Below, one piece after another: positions 34,785-44,779 of a DNA stretch of 44,779 nucleotides. Positions within the stretch are counted from its first letter, which is position 1. Every line of letters starts with the position of its first letter. A program made the position numbers and the translations under genes. The stretch is from Octopus bimaculoides (taxonomy: Eukaryota): the NCBI RefSeq assembly GCF_001194135.2, contig NC_068995.1:3749244-3794022 (forward strand), read 5' to 3'. Under the pieces are notes generated by a model. That model did no database searches. It saw nothing but the letters and a program-made list of their open reading frames with translations, and had not been told where the DNA came from.

Positions 34785-34934
34785 TGTCTCTTTGTTTCTT
34801 TCTGTGTTCCTTTCTGAGGAAGAGCGTAGGCTCGAAACGTTAAAGACTTTTTCAATTTCCGAGCGTTATACTAATACATCTGTTTGTTGTCTACACCACC
34901 TGTCTTCGTCTGTTATTTTTTGTGAATTCTCCCT

Positions 34935-34935
<1 letters not shown>
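34785..34935 (+). mobile_element. PLE-type terminal repeat fragment, family 2
   Basis: Contains the hammerhead below; its downstream part aligns with the reverse complement of 43222-43325; ends in a (CATA)/(TA) microsatellite. Confidence 0.7.
34810..34845 (+). ncRNA. Minimal type-I hammerhead ribozyme motif (PLE-associated)
   Basis: CUUU-CUGAGGA-A-GAGC(GUAG)GCUC-GAAAC-GU-U-AAAG: stem I CUUU/AAAG, core CUGANGA, 4-bp stem II with tetraloop, GAAA, palindromic ACGU. Confidence 0.8.
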
Positions 34936-34981
<46 letters not shown>

Positions 34982-35039
34982 TGTATGTATGCATGTATAT
35001 AAAATGGATCGAGGAATCGCAGTCATACATATACATGCA

Positions 35040-35083
<44 letters not shown>

Positions 35084-35204
35084 AATCGGTCTGTTTGTCT
35101 ATCTGTCTGTCTATCTTTATATGTGTGCGCGTGTGTATGTGCATACTTGTGTATGTGCATACGTGTGTATGTGTGTCTGTATAAAAGTGCGCGCAGTTTC
35201 AGGA

Positions 35205-35379
35205 CAGGGGTTAAGTCGATTACATCTGCCCAAGTTCTCAACTGGTCCTTCCTTTATCGACTCCGAAAGGCTAAAGGGCAAAATTGACTTCAGCGGAATT
35301 TGAACTGATAACGTAATGCCAACGATTCCGGCGTGCTAACGATTCCGGCGTGCTAACGATTCCGGCAGTTTGCCGCCTT
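35205..35379 (-). mobile_element. SINE family B with internal 17-bp tandem expansion
   Basis: aacgattccggcgtgct at 35321 and 35338, partial at 35355, within the head. Confidence 0.87.
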
Positions 35380-36452
35380 TCCAAGGACTTGTAACTGGGG
35401 CAATTTCAATTTGTATTTTAATGAATTGTCCTCCGCTCCTATCCGCTCGGTTGTCTCGAGAAAAATTACCAGAAAGTGTAACAGTCATACAAACCATCAG
35501 TTTTCGAAGACGTAATTAAATGATGTTTTGTTTGCTAATGTAAGAAGTCCACAAATGCAATCTTTGTAGGTCTCTTTTTCCTTTCATTCTTTCAAGATCA
35601 AGAAAAGAATTCCTAATAGCACATTGGTTTCGATTCACTTTGAAGGTTGTCTGTTACCAGAAAGTACTTCCTTTCCTAGATAATATCACTTAAATTTGAT
35701 TTAGTATTTTGAACGGATGCTTCGAAAGATATTTTATAACGAATAATTAATTAATCTTATTTAAAAAAAAGTAAACGAAAATAATTTATGTATTCCAAAA
35801 AGAATTTGGAGAATTTAATGTATTTATTCACATTTAATCGACAAGAAATTGAAAAAAAAAACAAAAACATTTTCCGTGTTAGTTGCTGACAATTTTCCAA
35901 TCTCTTCTGTTCTCTTCGCATTGAATTTTTATGAGTTCTTGTAGAAAACAGTTCGTTAGAAGGAAGTTGTTTGGAATTTCAATGGAAGTCTGTAATTTAC
36001 ATGAGAATGAAATCAGTTATTTTTATAACAAATCCTTAATAACAATCAACAGCTGTCGTCGAGACGCAGTCAGCCTTTTTCACAAAAACACTTTATCTTC
36101 AATATTCAAACAAACGTGCATGTATTCGAAAATAATTTATATAGAGATATGAATTTTAATATTTCTCGTTCCTCAATGGTGTTTTATTTCTAATAAAATG
36201 AAATTACAATAAATGAAATATATTTTTAGTAATAAGCTTCTTGGAGAAGGGGATTAGCTCAGTAAACATATATTCTAAATATTAAAGGAAAAATGTAGAA
36301 ATATCATCTATAAATCGATATTTCTTTTTGTATTAACAATGTTCATATTTGTCAAAGTAATAGTAATTTATTTTAGTTTATGCAGCATTCCGGGTCAGGC
36401 ACTCTAGCACGTAAGGTACACATTCATATATACGTGTGTGCGAGTGTTTATA

Positions 36453-37651
36453 TTAGGCTGGATGCAAAGTCATGTCGTATTTTGGACAAGGAAAGAAAAA
36501 GACGTTTATTTGGTTGTAATGGATATATTTAATCAAGATAATAATTTCTCTCATTTTTAATAGCATGATCTCATTCGGCTGATAAGTTGTTGATCTCCCT
36601 AGCATAATAATCTTCACGTTTCGATGCAAAGAACGATTCAGTTTCTGTTTTTACGTCTTCTCGATTTGTTAACTGTTTTCCATTTAAAAAAAACAAAATT
36701 TGCAATGATTTGAGAAGATAATAATCCGATGAAGCAAGGTCGGGTGAATAAAGACAATGAAACAAAGCTTCCGTACTAAGCGTGAGAAATTTTGTTCTGC
36801 GTAATTCGAACAATATGTAGTCATGCATTGTCATATAGTCGCTTTTTCTACAAATTTTGATGCAGTGATTTCAGCTGGTGCCAATACTGAGCAGAGTCCA
36901 ACACTTCATGAGAGACGACATCTTTCACATCCCACCAAATACAAAGCGTAACTTTTTTCTGCGTGTACTCCTGGTTTGAGTGTGGTTTACTCCTTTTCAT
37001 TGGATGATAACCATTGTTGTTACCTTTAGATATTATTGTAAAGCATCCACTTTTCATCATTGGTGATTATTCTACTTCAAAAAGGGTCACTGCTCTTTAA
37101 TGAGTTGAGGAGCAGTCTGATTATGTGGCACTCACTGGCCGAGTTTAGACCCCTTTACCAGTTTGTGCAGTTGCTTTACAATAGCTCTGTGACATATATT
37201 GATCACTCTTGCCAGTTCTCATGTAGTTTGCTTGGGGTTTTCTTCCACTACATTCCGTAAAACCTTGAGATCGACAGAACTTGGTCGACCAGATCGAGAG
37301 GAATCACCGAGGGAAAAGGTTCTGACTGAAATTGTTTAAACCATTGCTGACATGTTCGGACAGTTGGAGCTTCATTTTTGTCGGCAGAACCAATATTCCT
37401 CGCAGCATCTTTTGCTGAAGAACCCTTTTGTATTCATACAGCATACAATGTCTTCAGATGTGTCTGATCGGCACTCGTTCTTGAGGTCTCAGATTTCAGA
37501 AACAATAAACAATTTTGTATTAAAGTCATCTCAAAGAAACAAGAAATCAATTAGAACAAACGATGACAAGTTTATATTGCATTCTGTATTGACAAAATGT
37601 CTTCAAAGTTAATATGTCTAAAATGCAACAAAACTTTGCCTCCAACCTTAA
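36453..37651 (-). mobile_element. Near full-length decayed mariner (DD34D-type) transposon with both TIRs
   Basis: TA-ttaggctggatgcaaagtcatgtcgtattt and aaatgcaacaaaactttgcctccaaccttaa-TA. Minus-strand remnants RHCMLYEY, TCQQWFKQF, SRSGRPSSVD, KVTLCIWWDVKD, HCLYSPDLASSDYYLLKSLQ (YSPDLAP motif), FFASKREDYY; many stops and frameshifts. Confidence 0.93.
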
Positions 37652-39094
37652 TACGCGAGTGTATATTGCTATCATCGAAGTTTATAAACACCGGGCGAGA
37701 AAAATGTAATCGGTGAGAAAATTGAAACTCAGTGCATTTCAGACAAGAACCTTTGCAATATTTGTTTTGCAACAAACTACATGCACTTCCTTTCCATCCT
37801 GTCTTTAACAATTCAGCGATCCAGGGGTTAGCACATCAGAGATCATGAACAAATGGCGCTATTTTCTCCTATTTGCAATATAAAACAAATAAAAAGAACA
37901 CATACGGTACATCAATAACAGCTTAAATATTTTAGTGTTGATATAAGCATCTAATGATCTTTAGATCGATCTAAGAAATGATTGATATTCGGAAACCGAT
38001 AACCGCTCCCACCTGAAACACTAAACTACATCTGTGTTAGTATCGTTTCATTTTTATGTGATTTGAAGTTTTTTTGACGATTTTCATTTTTTGAGGTTGT
38101 TTAGAAAAATCTTTCAGATTTTGTACGTATTGTGGGGATGCAGTTGTATCACTGATTGTATTGATGGAGAGGCAAGGGAAGAAAGATTCCCAGCTAATAA
38201 AACATATGTATGTATATGTATATATATATATATANNNNNNNNNNNNNNNNNNNNNNNNNNNNNNNNNNNNNNNNNNNNNNNNNNNNNNNNNNNNNNNNNN
38301 NNNNNNNNNNNNNNNNNNNNNNNNNNNNNNNNNNNNNNNNNNNNNNNNNNNNNNNNNNNNNNNNNNNNNNNNNNNNNNNNNNNNNNNNNNNNNNNNNNNN
38401 NNNNNNNNNNNNNNNNNNNNNNNNNNNNNNNNNNNNNNNNNNNNNNNNNNNNNNNNNNNNNNNNNNNNNNNNNNNNNNNNNNNNNNNNNNNNNNNNNNNN
38501 NNNNNNNNNNNNNNNNNNNNNNNNNNNNNNNNNNNNNNNNNNNNNNNNNNNNNNNNNNNNNNNNNNNNNNNNNNNNNNNNNNNNNNNNNNNNNNNNNNNN
38601 NNNNNNNNNNNNNNNNNNNNNNNNNNNNNNNNNNNNNNNNNNNNNNNNNNNNNNNNNNNNNNNNNNNNNNNNNNNNNNNNNNNNNNNNNNNNNNNNNNNN
38701 NNNNNNNNNNNNNNNNNNNNNNNNNNNNNNNNNNNNNNNNNNNNNNNNNNNNNNNNNNNNNNNNNNNNNNNNNNNNNNNNNNNNNNNNNNNNNNNNNNNN
38801 NNNNNNNNNNNNNNNNNNNNNNNNNNNNNNNNNNNNNNNNNNNNNNNNNNNNNNNNNNNNNNNNNNNNNNNNNNNNNNNNNNNNNNNNNNNNNNNNNNNN
38901 NNNNNNNNNNNNNNNNNNNNNNNNNNNNNNNNNNNNNNNNNNNNNNNNNNNNNNNNNNNNNNNNNNNNNNNNNNNNNNNNNNNNNNNNNNNNNNNNNNNN
39001 NNNNNNNNNNNNNNNNNNNNNNNNNNNNNNNNNNNNNNNNNNNNNNNNNNNNNNNNNNNNNNNNNNNNNNNNNNNNNNNNNNNNNNNNNNNNNN

Positions 39095-39198
39095 AATAAC
39101 AGGAACAACAGCAACAGTAGCAGCAGCAGCAGCAACAGCTGCAGCTGTAGGAATTACAATAATTAGAACATTAGAACAGCATCGGGTAAAATGAAGAA

Positions 39199-39259
<61 letters not shown>

Positions 39260-39550
39260 CAGCAGCAGCAGCAGCAAAACTGGAATCAGTAGCAGTAGCA
39301 GCAACAGCACCAGCAGCAGCAGTAACAGCATCAGCTCCTGTCTGTGACGGTAACAGCATCTGCAGCAACAGCAGCTGCAGCAGCAGAAGCAGTAACATTA
39401 TCGCATCAATAGAACAGAGGTAACAGGTAGAAAAAATCATCGTCTCCATTACCATCATCACCAACATCATCATCGTCATCAACATCATCATCATCATCAT
39501 AAATGTCGTCGTCATCGTCGTCGTCGTCGTCGTCATCATCATCATCATCA
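39095..39550. repeat. Mosaic of (CAG/CAA), (GA)n and (CAT/CGT) microsatellites
   Basis: Direct inspection. Confidence 0.92.
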
Positions 39551-39618
39551 TCATTGTCAGACAGTTGTAGGAGGCTGTAGAAACAGACAGCGCGGCTTAG
39601 TATAGAATTCGTCGATCG

Positions 39619-39672
<54 letters not shown>

Positions 39673-39824
39673 TGTCTGTGTTTGTGTATAAATACACGTG
39701 CATATGCACACACACACACGCCCTCCCACCCACACACACACACACACATACACACGCACACACACACACACATATATATATACTCGTAAGATCCGACTGG
39801 AATAAATCCCGGTATTTTGTTCAC

Positions 39825-40230
39825 CGCCACCGTCATCACTACCATCTAACATCATTGCACTATTAGTACCACTACCCGCTGCACATCACCACCACCACCA
39901 CCACCACCACCACCATACCACACTACCATCATTACCGTGTTTCCTACCATTATCTACTTCCAGTTCTACCAATATGCACCACTAGTACCACAACCACCTA
40001 CACCACTCTACACCAAAAGCTCTACTTGCAACTATCAACCACCATTGCCGCCATCAGCTAATTTAATTCGCATCTATTATCTACCACTGTTACCAACAAA
40101 CCTCCCCACCACCACCACTCACTTTAAACTTCAAAACTAGCCATTTGTCCGCCATCATCTACAACCCACCATCCATCACTCATGACTACCATTCTACCAT
40201 CAGCGTCACTCCACCATTACTCCATCACCT
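39825..40230. repeat. Degenerate (CAC/TAC)-based low-complexity tract
   Basis: Recurrent accacc/taccac units. Confidence 0.8.
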
Positions 40231-40687
40231 TCAATCATTTTCTAACAATAGACAGGTCAAAACTTCGTCCCCGCATTGAACTAAAAAATCGTCTGTCTGC
40301 CTGCCTGTCTGTCTGTCTTCTAGTCTGTAGATCAGGAGATAGTCAAGGGATATATATAAACAGGGATCACCTTTAAGAAATTAGGGACCATTTCCTGACA
40401 CTAAGACGTTGGGCACACCATTCCGAGAGAGAATTAGTCGTAATACTTTCTGAATGGTTTAGAATCACAAATAACATTTAGCCATCTTGAAAAGTAAAAT
40501 GGGAAACCGTTACTATGGATTTTGTATGGTGTCACTAATGTATAACGTAAATAGGTAATAAACGTATGTCTTTTGCGTGTGTTGGCCCTGGTTAGGGCAT
40601 ACGCAAGGTTACCGTTAGTACTATTCGCAATCTTGATCTCACATTTGATTCAGATATCTGAATGTAAAAGTCACATGTAAGGACGAC

Positions 40688-41040
40688 AGTCAAATGTATT
40701 AGTCACCATAAGATATCCGTCATGAATCAGTGAAGAAGAAACTATCAGTCACATGTATCAGTCAAAAAGAACCTATTAGTCTAACGGAAACTATCATTCA
40801 AATATATCAGTCACCAGAAGATATCAGTCAAATGTGTCAGTCATTAAAATGATTAGTCATCAAATGTATCAGACTTTAGAAGATCTCAGTCAATTGTGTC
40901 AAACATCGGACGATGTCAATCAAGTGTGCCAGTAAAGAAGCTATCAGTCAAGTGTGTATTAATCATCAGAAGACATCAGTCAAATATATGAGTTAGGACA
41001 AAACATCAATCAAAACGAAGCAGTCAGGAGGAAATATCAA
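40688..41040 (+). repeat. Degenerate minisatellite built on ATCAGTCA, roughly 30-bp higher-order unit
   Basis: More than 15 variants of (t)atcagtca alternating with aatgt and ccagaagat spacers; stop codons in the frames checked. Confidence 0.8.
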
Positions 41041-41128
41041 ACTTACATCTCCAGAAGATAAGGAATCGAAAAGAGAAAAAGAAATTTTTCTTCCTTCATT
41101 ATCTCGTTTATTTCAAAGAAAATAATAC

Positions 41129-41190
<62 letters not shown>

Positions 41191-41863
41191 GATGCAACGT
41201 TTTACTTGACTTTGGAAAAAGTGTGTTGTTTTAAGAGTACATTTAATGTAGGCTGAATGTAACGCAAGCAAAGCAAACAAAAATCGTAATAGGCTAGAAT
41301 TTGATATTTTATCATATTTTGAAAGAAATTGAATGCCATCTATTTCCGCTGGAATAAAAGCGAAAAATTAGACAAATGGTTATTCTATAAAGTTAACATT
41401 TAGAAACTGTCTAAGAAGAATTTCTGACAAAAATACGAAGATAAAGTTTTATCTATTTTTATAAACAGATATGACTAAAAGCATGTATATCTATTTAATG
41501 GACGTATGGACGTGCATGAGCATAAATTAGACGATGTGCAGATATAGACAAGGGCCTGCGCAGTTTTGGAAATTATGCATGTATTTATTAGTAGGTATGA
41601 CTATATATATANNNNNNNNNNNNNNNNNNNNNNNNNNNNNNNNNNNNNNNNNNNNNNNNNNNNNNNNNNNNNNNNNNNNNNNNNNNNNNNNNNNNNNNNN
41701 NNNNNNNNNNNNNNNNNNNNNNNNNNNNNNNNNNNNNNNNNNNNNNNNNNNNNNNNNNNNNNNNNNNNNNNNNNNNNNNNNNNNNNNNNNNNNNNNNNNN
41801 NNNNNNNNNNNNNNNNNNNNNNNNNNNNNAATAATAATGATAATAATAATAATAATAATAATC

Positions 41864-41903
<40 letters not shown>

Positions 41904-42097
41904 GCAAAAAAAATATCAGACAAATATATATAACATACAGAAAATTGCACTACTGGGCACTGCACACATCCTACGTAAAACACTTTCGATACAGTAACCA
42001 TAAGAGCATCACTGCAAACCACAGCACATACCCAAGGCACACAGAGCTGCGCTCGGTAGTGAAGTGAAAGCACGTTATAAAAATAAAACTACTGAAC
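41904..42097 (+). mobile_element. 5'-truncated Dong/R4-clade LINE inside a (TAA)n array
   Basis: C-terminus NIYNIQKIALLGTAHILRKTLSIQ* (stop ends 41997), typical of R4/Dong (QKxxLLGTxxILRxxL); about 100-bp 3' UTR; (TAA)n on both sides. Confidence 0.88.
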
Positions 42098-42139
<42 letters not shown>

Positions 42140-42140
42140 T

Positions 42141-42287
42141 GATATCAACCCCAGTGTTCAATTGGTACTTAATTTATCGTCTTCAAAAGATGAAAGGCAA
42201 AGTCAACCTCGGCGGAATTTGTACTCAGAAAGTAAGGACGGACGAATTGCCGTTAAGTATTTCGTCCGTCGTGTTAACGATTCTGCT
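42141..42287 (-). mobile_element. SINE family B
   Basis: atcaaccccagtgttcaattggtacttaatttatcg...gatgaaaggcaaagtcaacctcggcggaatttg. Confidence 0.87.
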
Positions 42288-42469
42288 TGGAACTTCATAA
42301 ACACCTCTGCAGAGTTCTGGAAAGCTGAATGAAGAGTGTTACTTCGTCCACTGGTTGTGGACAGCTGACACGAAACTGCTTTCTTCAACAAAACAACAAC
42401 AACAACAACAACAACAACAATAGCAACAATAATAAAATAATATTGATATTTTTTCAGAATGTTGGTACA

Positions 42470-42695
42470 AGAGGAGAAATTTTAGCGGTTGGGTATCGGG
42501 CGAGTGGAGAATCAGTCGATACCATTGAACTTAGCACTTGATTTGTTCTCCATTTTTAAATTTAAAAAAGAATTTTTATTTCGGAATGATAAAAGGTGAA
42601 GTTGACCTCATTGGAATCTGAACTCAGAACGTAAAGAGCCAGAAAAAAATAGCGCAAAACATTTTGAATGACGCTCTACCGATTCTGACTGGTTG
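42470..42695 (-). mobile_element. Decayed SINE family B
   Basis: gataaaaggtgaagttgacctc...gaatctgaactcagaacgtaaagag...ctaccgattctgac. Confidence 0.65.
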
Positions 42696-42974
42696 ACTAA
42701 GTTTCATGTAATACAATTCTCGAAATAATTGTGCTTCTGAGACCTACTTAATATGAATAAATGAATGACGAAAGAAAAGGAATCTATATAACCACTTTCT
42801 TTAACTTACAGCTGTTTCTGCTGTATTAGCAGAGTTGGGTGCTTGTGCAACATCTTATAGCTCCCTCAGAGCCATTGAAGTTTGTTTATTTGGGAAAACA
42901 TTTAAGAACATAAAATTGGTTGCATTTAGAGTTATATCTTTTCTACTCTAGGCACAAGGCCTGAAATAATATGT

Positions 42975-43003
<29 letters not shown>

Positions 43004-43005
<2 letters not shown>

Positions 43006-43216
43006 TGGAGATGCTGAAAAAGTTCCTGGATTTGAAGATGTGGCGAAAGGCCTGGCTGGAGGGCCACCCTTCCGAGTTCTATTACAGAGCTTAGAAAAAC
43101 TGGATGACCGCTGTAATAAGTGTGTAAATATGAGATATGAACGTGTGGAATAAAATCATAATGATCCGATCGTCCTGTATTTTCTTTTACCAGGAACTTC
43201 GCAGCCCTCAGCCTCG
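43004..43216 (+). mobile_element. Mariner deletion derivative (MITE-like)
   Basis: TA-catggagatgctgaaaaagttcctgg fused to C-terminal WLEGHPSEFYYRA/LEKLDDRCNKCVNMRYERVE*, then ccaggaactt...cagc...ctcg-TA as an imperfect right TIR. Confidence 0.7.
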
Positions 43217-43221
43217 TATGA

Positions 43222-43325
43222 ATGTATGTTCAAATTTATAGAAGAAAAAAAACGACGAAGACTGGTGATGGAACAACAAGCAGGTGTATTAGTTTGACGC
43301 TCAGGGAGAATGGAAAAGTCTTTGA
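43222..43325 (-). mobile_element. PLE-type repeat family 2, second copy (hammerhead core lost in the gap)
   Basis: Minus strand tcaaagacttttccattc...gagcgtcaaactaatacacctgcttgttgt...ccagtcttcgtc aligns with 34840-34915. Confidence 0.8.
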
Positions 43326-43829
43326 NNNNNNNNNNNNNNNNNNNNNNNNNNNNNNNNNNNNNNNNNNNNNNNNNNNNNNNNNNNNNNNNNNNNNNNNNNN
43401 NNNNNNNNNNNNNNNNNNNNNNNNNNNNNNNNNNNNNNNNNNNNNNNNNNNNNNNNNNNNNNNNNNNNNNNNNNNNNNNNNNNNNNNNNNNNNNNNNNNN
43501 NNNNNNNNNNNNNNNNNNNNNNNNNNNNNNNNNNNNNNNNNNNNNNNNNNNNNNNNNNNNNNNNNNNNNNNNNNNNNNNNNNNNNNNNNNNNNNNNNNNN
43601 NNNNNNNNNNNNNNNNNNNNNNNNNNNNNNNNNNNNNNNNNNNNNNNNNNNNNNNNNNNNNNNNNNNNNNNNNNNNNNNNNNNNNNNNNNNNNNNNNNNN
43701 NNNNNNNNNNNNNNNNNNNNNNNNNNNNNNNNNNNNNNNNNNNNNNNNNNNNNNNNNNNNNNNNNNNNNNNNNNNNNNNNNNNNNNNNNNNNNNNNNNNN
43801 NNNNNNNNNNNNNNNNNNNNNNNNNNNNN

Positions 43830-43863
<34 letters not shown>

Positions 43864-43866
43864 AAG

Positions 43867-44056
43867 ACATTGCTTGACAACCAATGCTGGTATGTTTACG
43901 TCGCACGCCGTAACTTAACGGTTCAGCAAAAAGTAACCGATAGAATGAGTACTAGGCTTATAAAGAATAAGTCCTCGGGTCGATATGTTCGGCTAAAGGT
44001 GGTACTCCAGCATGGCCGCAGCCAAAATGACTGAAACAGATAAAAGAATGAAAGAG
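43867..44056 (+). mobile_element. SINE family A, complete 3' arm
   Basis: cattgcttgacaaccaatgctgg...cgtaacttaacggttcagcaaaa...ggtggtactccagcatggccgcagccaaaatgactgaaacagataaaagaatgaaagag, following (TA)n. Confidence 0.92.
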
Positions 44057-44364
44057 TATATATATATATATAACGAAATTATAACTTTGATAGGTTTCGG
44101 CCAGTATATCTATGAACGCACAGAAAAATTAAACATGTACTTAAGTCCTTATATGGACATGGTTATATCGGTTTTTGCATTTATGCCCAAGAATATGGAT
44201 TATATTGTTGTGAAGAGGAAGCATGAATACAATTGCAGTTCTAAGTAGTTTTGGAAAGAAAGACTGAGTTTTGGTGTTGGAAAGAGTTTAGTGAAGAAGA
44301 AATTTGCTGGAAGCAGAGATAAATGGTCGAAGTTTGTGGTTAATGGACACGCAGAGATGTGTGC

Positions 44365-44736
44365 GCGCGTGAGAGAGAGGGAGAGAGAGAGAGAGGGAGA
44401 GGGAGAGAGGGAGAAGGGTGAAAGAGAGAGGGAGACATTTAGTGTATTTGTGAGAGAATGTGTGTGCTTTTGTATGTTTGTGCGTGTATGTGTGAGTGTG
44501 AGTGTGTGTGTGTGTGTGTGTGAATTTAGACGATTTTGTGTGGAATCTGACTGAAATAATAGCGACAATGAAATATGTAAAATGTGCTTGTTGGTGGCGG
44601 TGGGGAGAAAGAGGGGGAGAGAGAGGTAGATAGAGTGGGAGAGAAAGGTAGATAGAGTGGGAGAGAGAGAGGGGGGACACAGTGAATGAAAGACCAAGAA
44701 AGAGACAGAAAGGGAAGGATAAAGCGGGAAGAGAGA

Positions 44737-44779
<43 letters not shown>
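44365..44779. repeat. (GA)n / (TG)n low-complexity tract
   Basis: Direct inspection; includes a short duplication of aggtagatagagtgggagaga. Confidence 0.9.

Noticed and set aside
35321-35366. CRISPR-like or other prokaryotic systems
   Set aside because: Short repeats here and at 16651 are directly tandem with no unique spacers; there are no cas-like or operon-like ORFs, and the context is animal genomic DNA.

Overview
Eukaryotic draft-assembly DNA, AT-rich and very microsatellite-dense. It contains 13 N-gaps (about 6.3 kb in total), most abutting (TA)n or (CA)n tracts. The SINE families and repeat landscape best fit an octopod cephalopod; this is an inference from recalled repeat sequences, not a database result. 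No intact protein-coding gene is supported: the supplied ORFs are microsatellite or N-gap artefacts, or pieces of decayed transposases. What can be supported is a dense mosaic of transposable elements. (1) About 30 copies or fragments of three tRNA-derived SINE types: family A with a CORE-like segment and an internal microsatellite, family B with a V-domain-like segment, and family C with a tRNA-Arg-like head. (2) Three Tc1/mariner relics. (3) A hAT MITE with TIRs and an 8-bp TSD. (4) A 5'-truncated Dong/R4 LINE sitting inside (TAA)n. (5) A decayed Penelope-like (PLE) coding fragment not shown in the ORF track. The most notable signal is two structurally complete minimal type-I hammerhead ribozyme motifs from two different PLE-type repeat families (13665-13710 minus; 34810-34845 plus). 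A third copy is cut by a gap exactly at its cleavage site, and an inverted repeat of the first is truncated inside the catalytic core. Closely spaced inverted SINE pairs, a hairpin-bearing direct repeat around promoter-like motifs, an unclassified dispersed repeat, a degenerate minisatellite and a few weak exon/promoter candidates are also reported.
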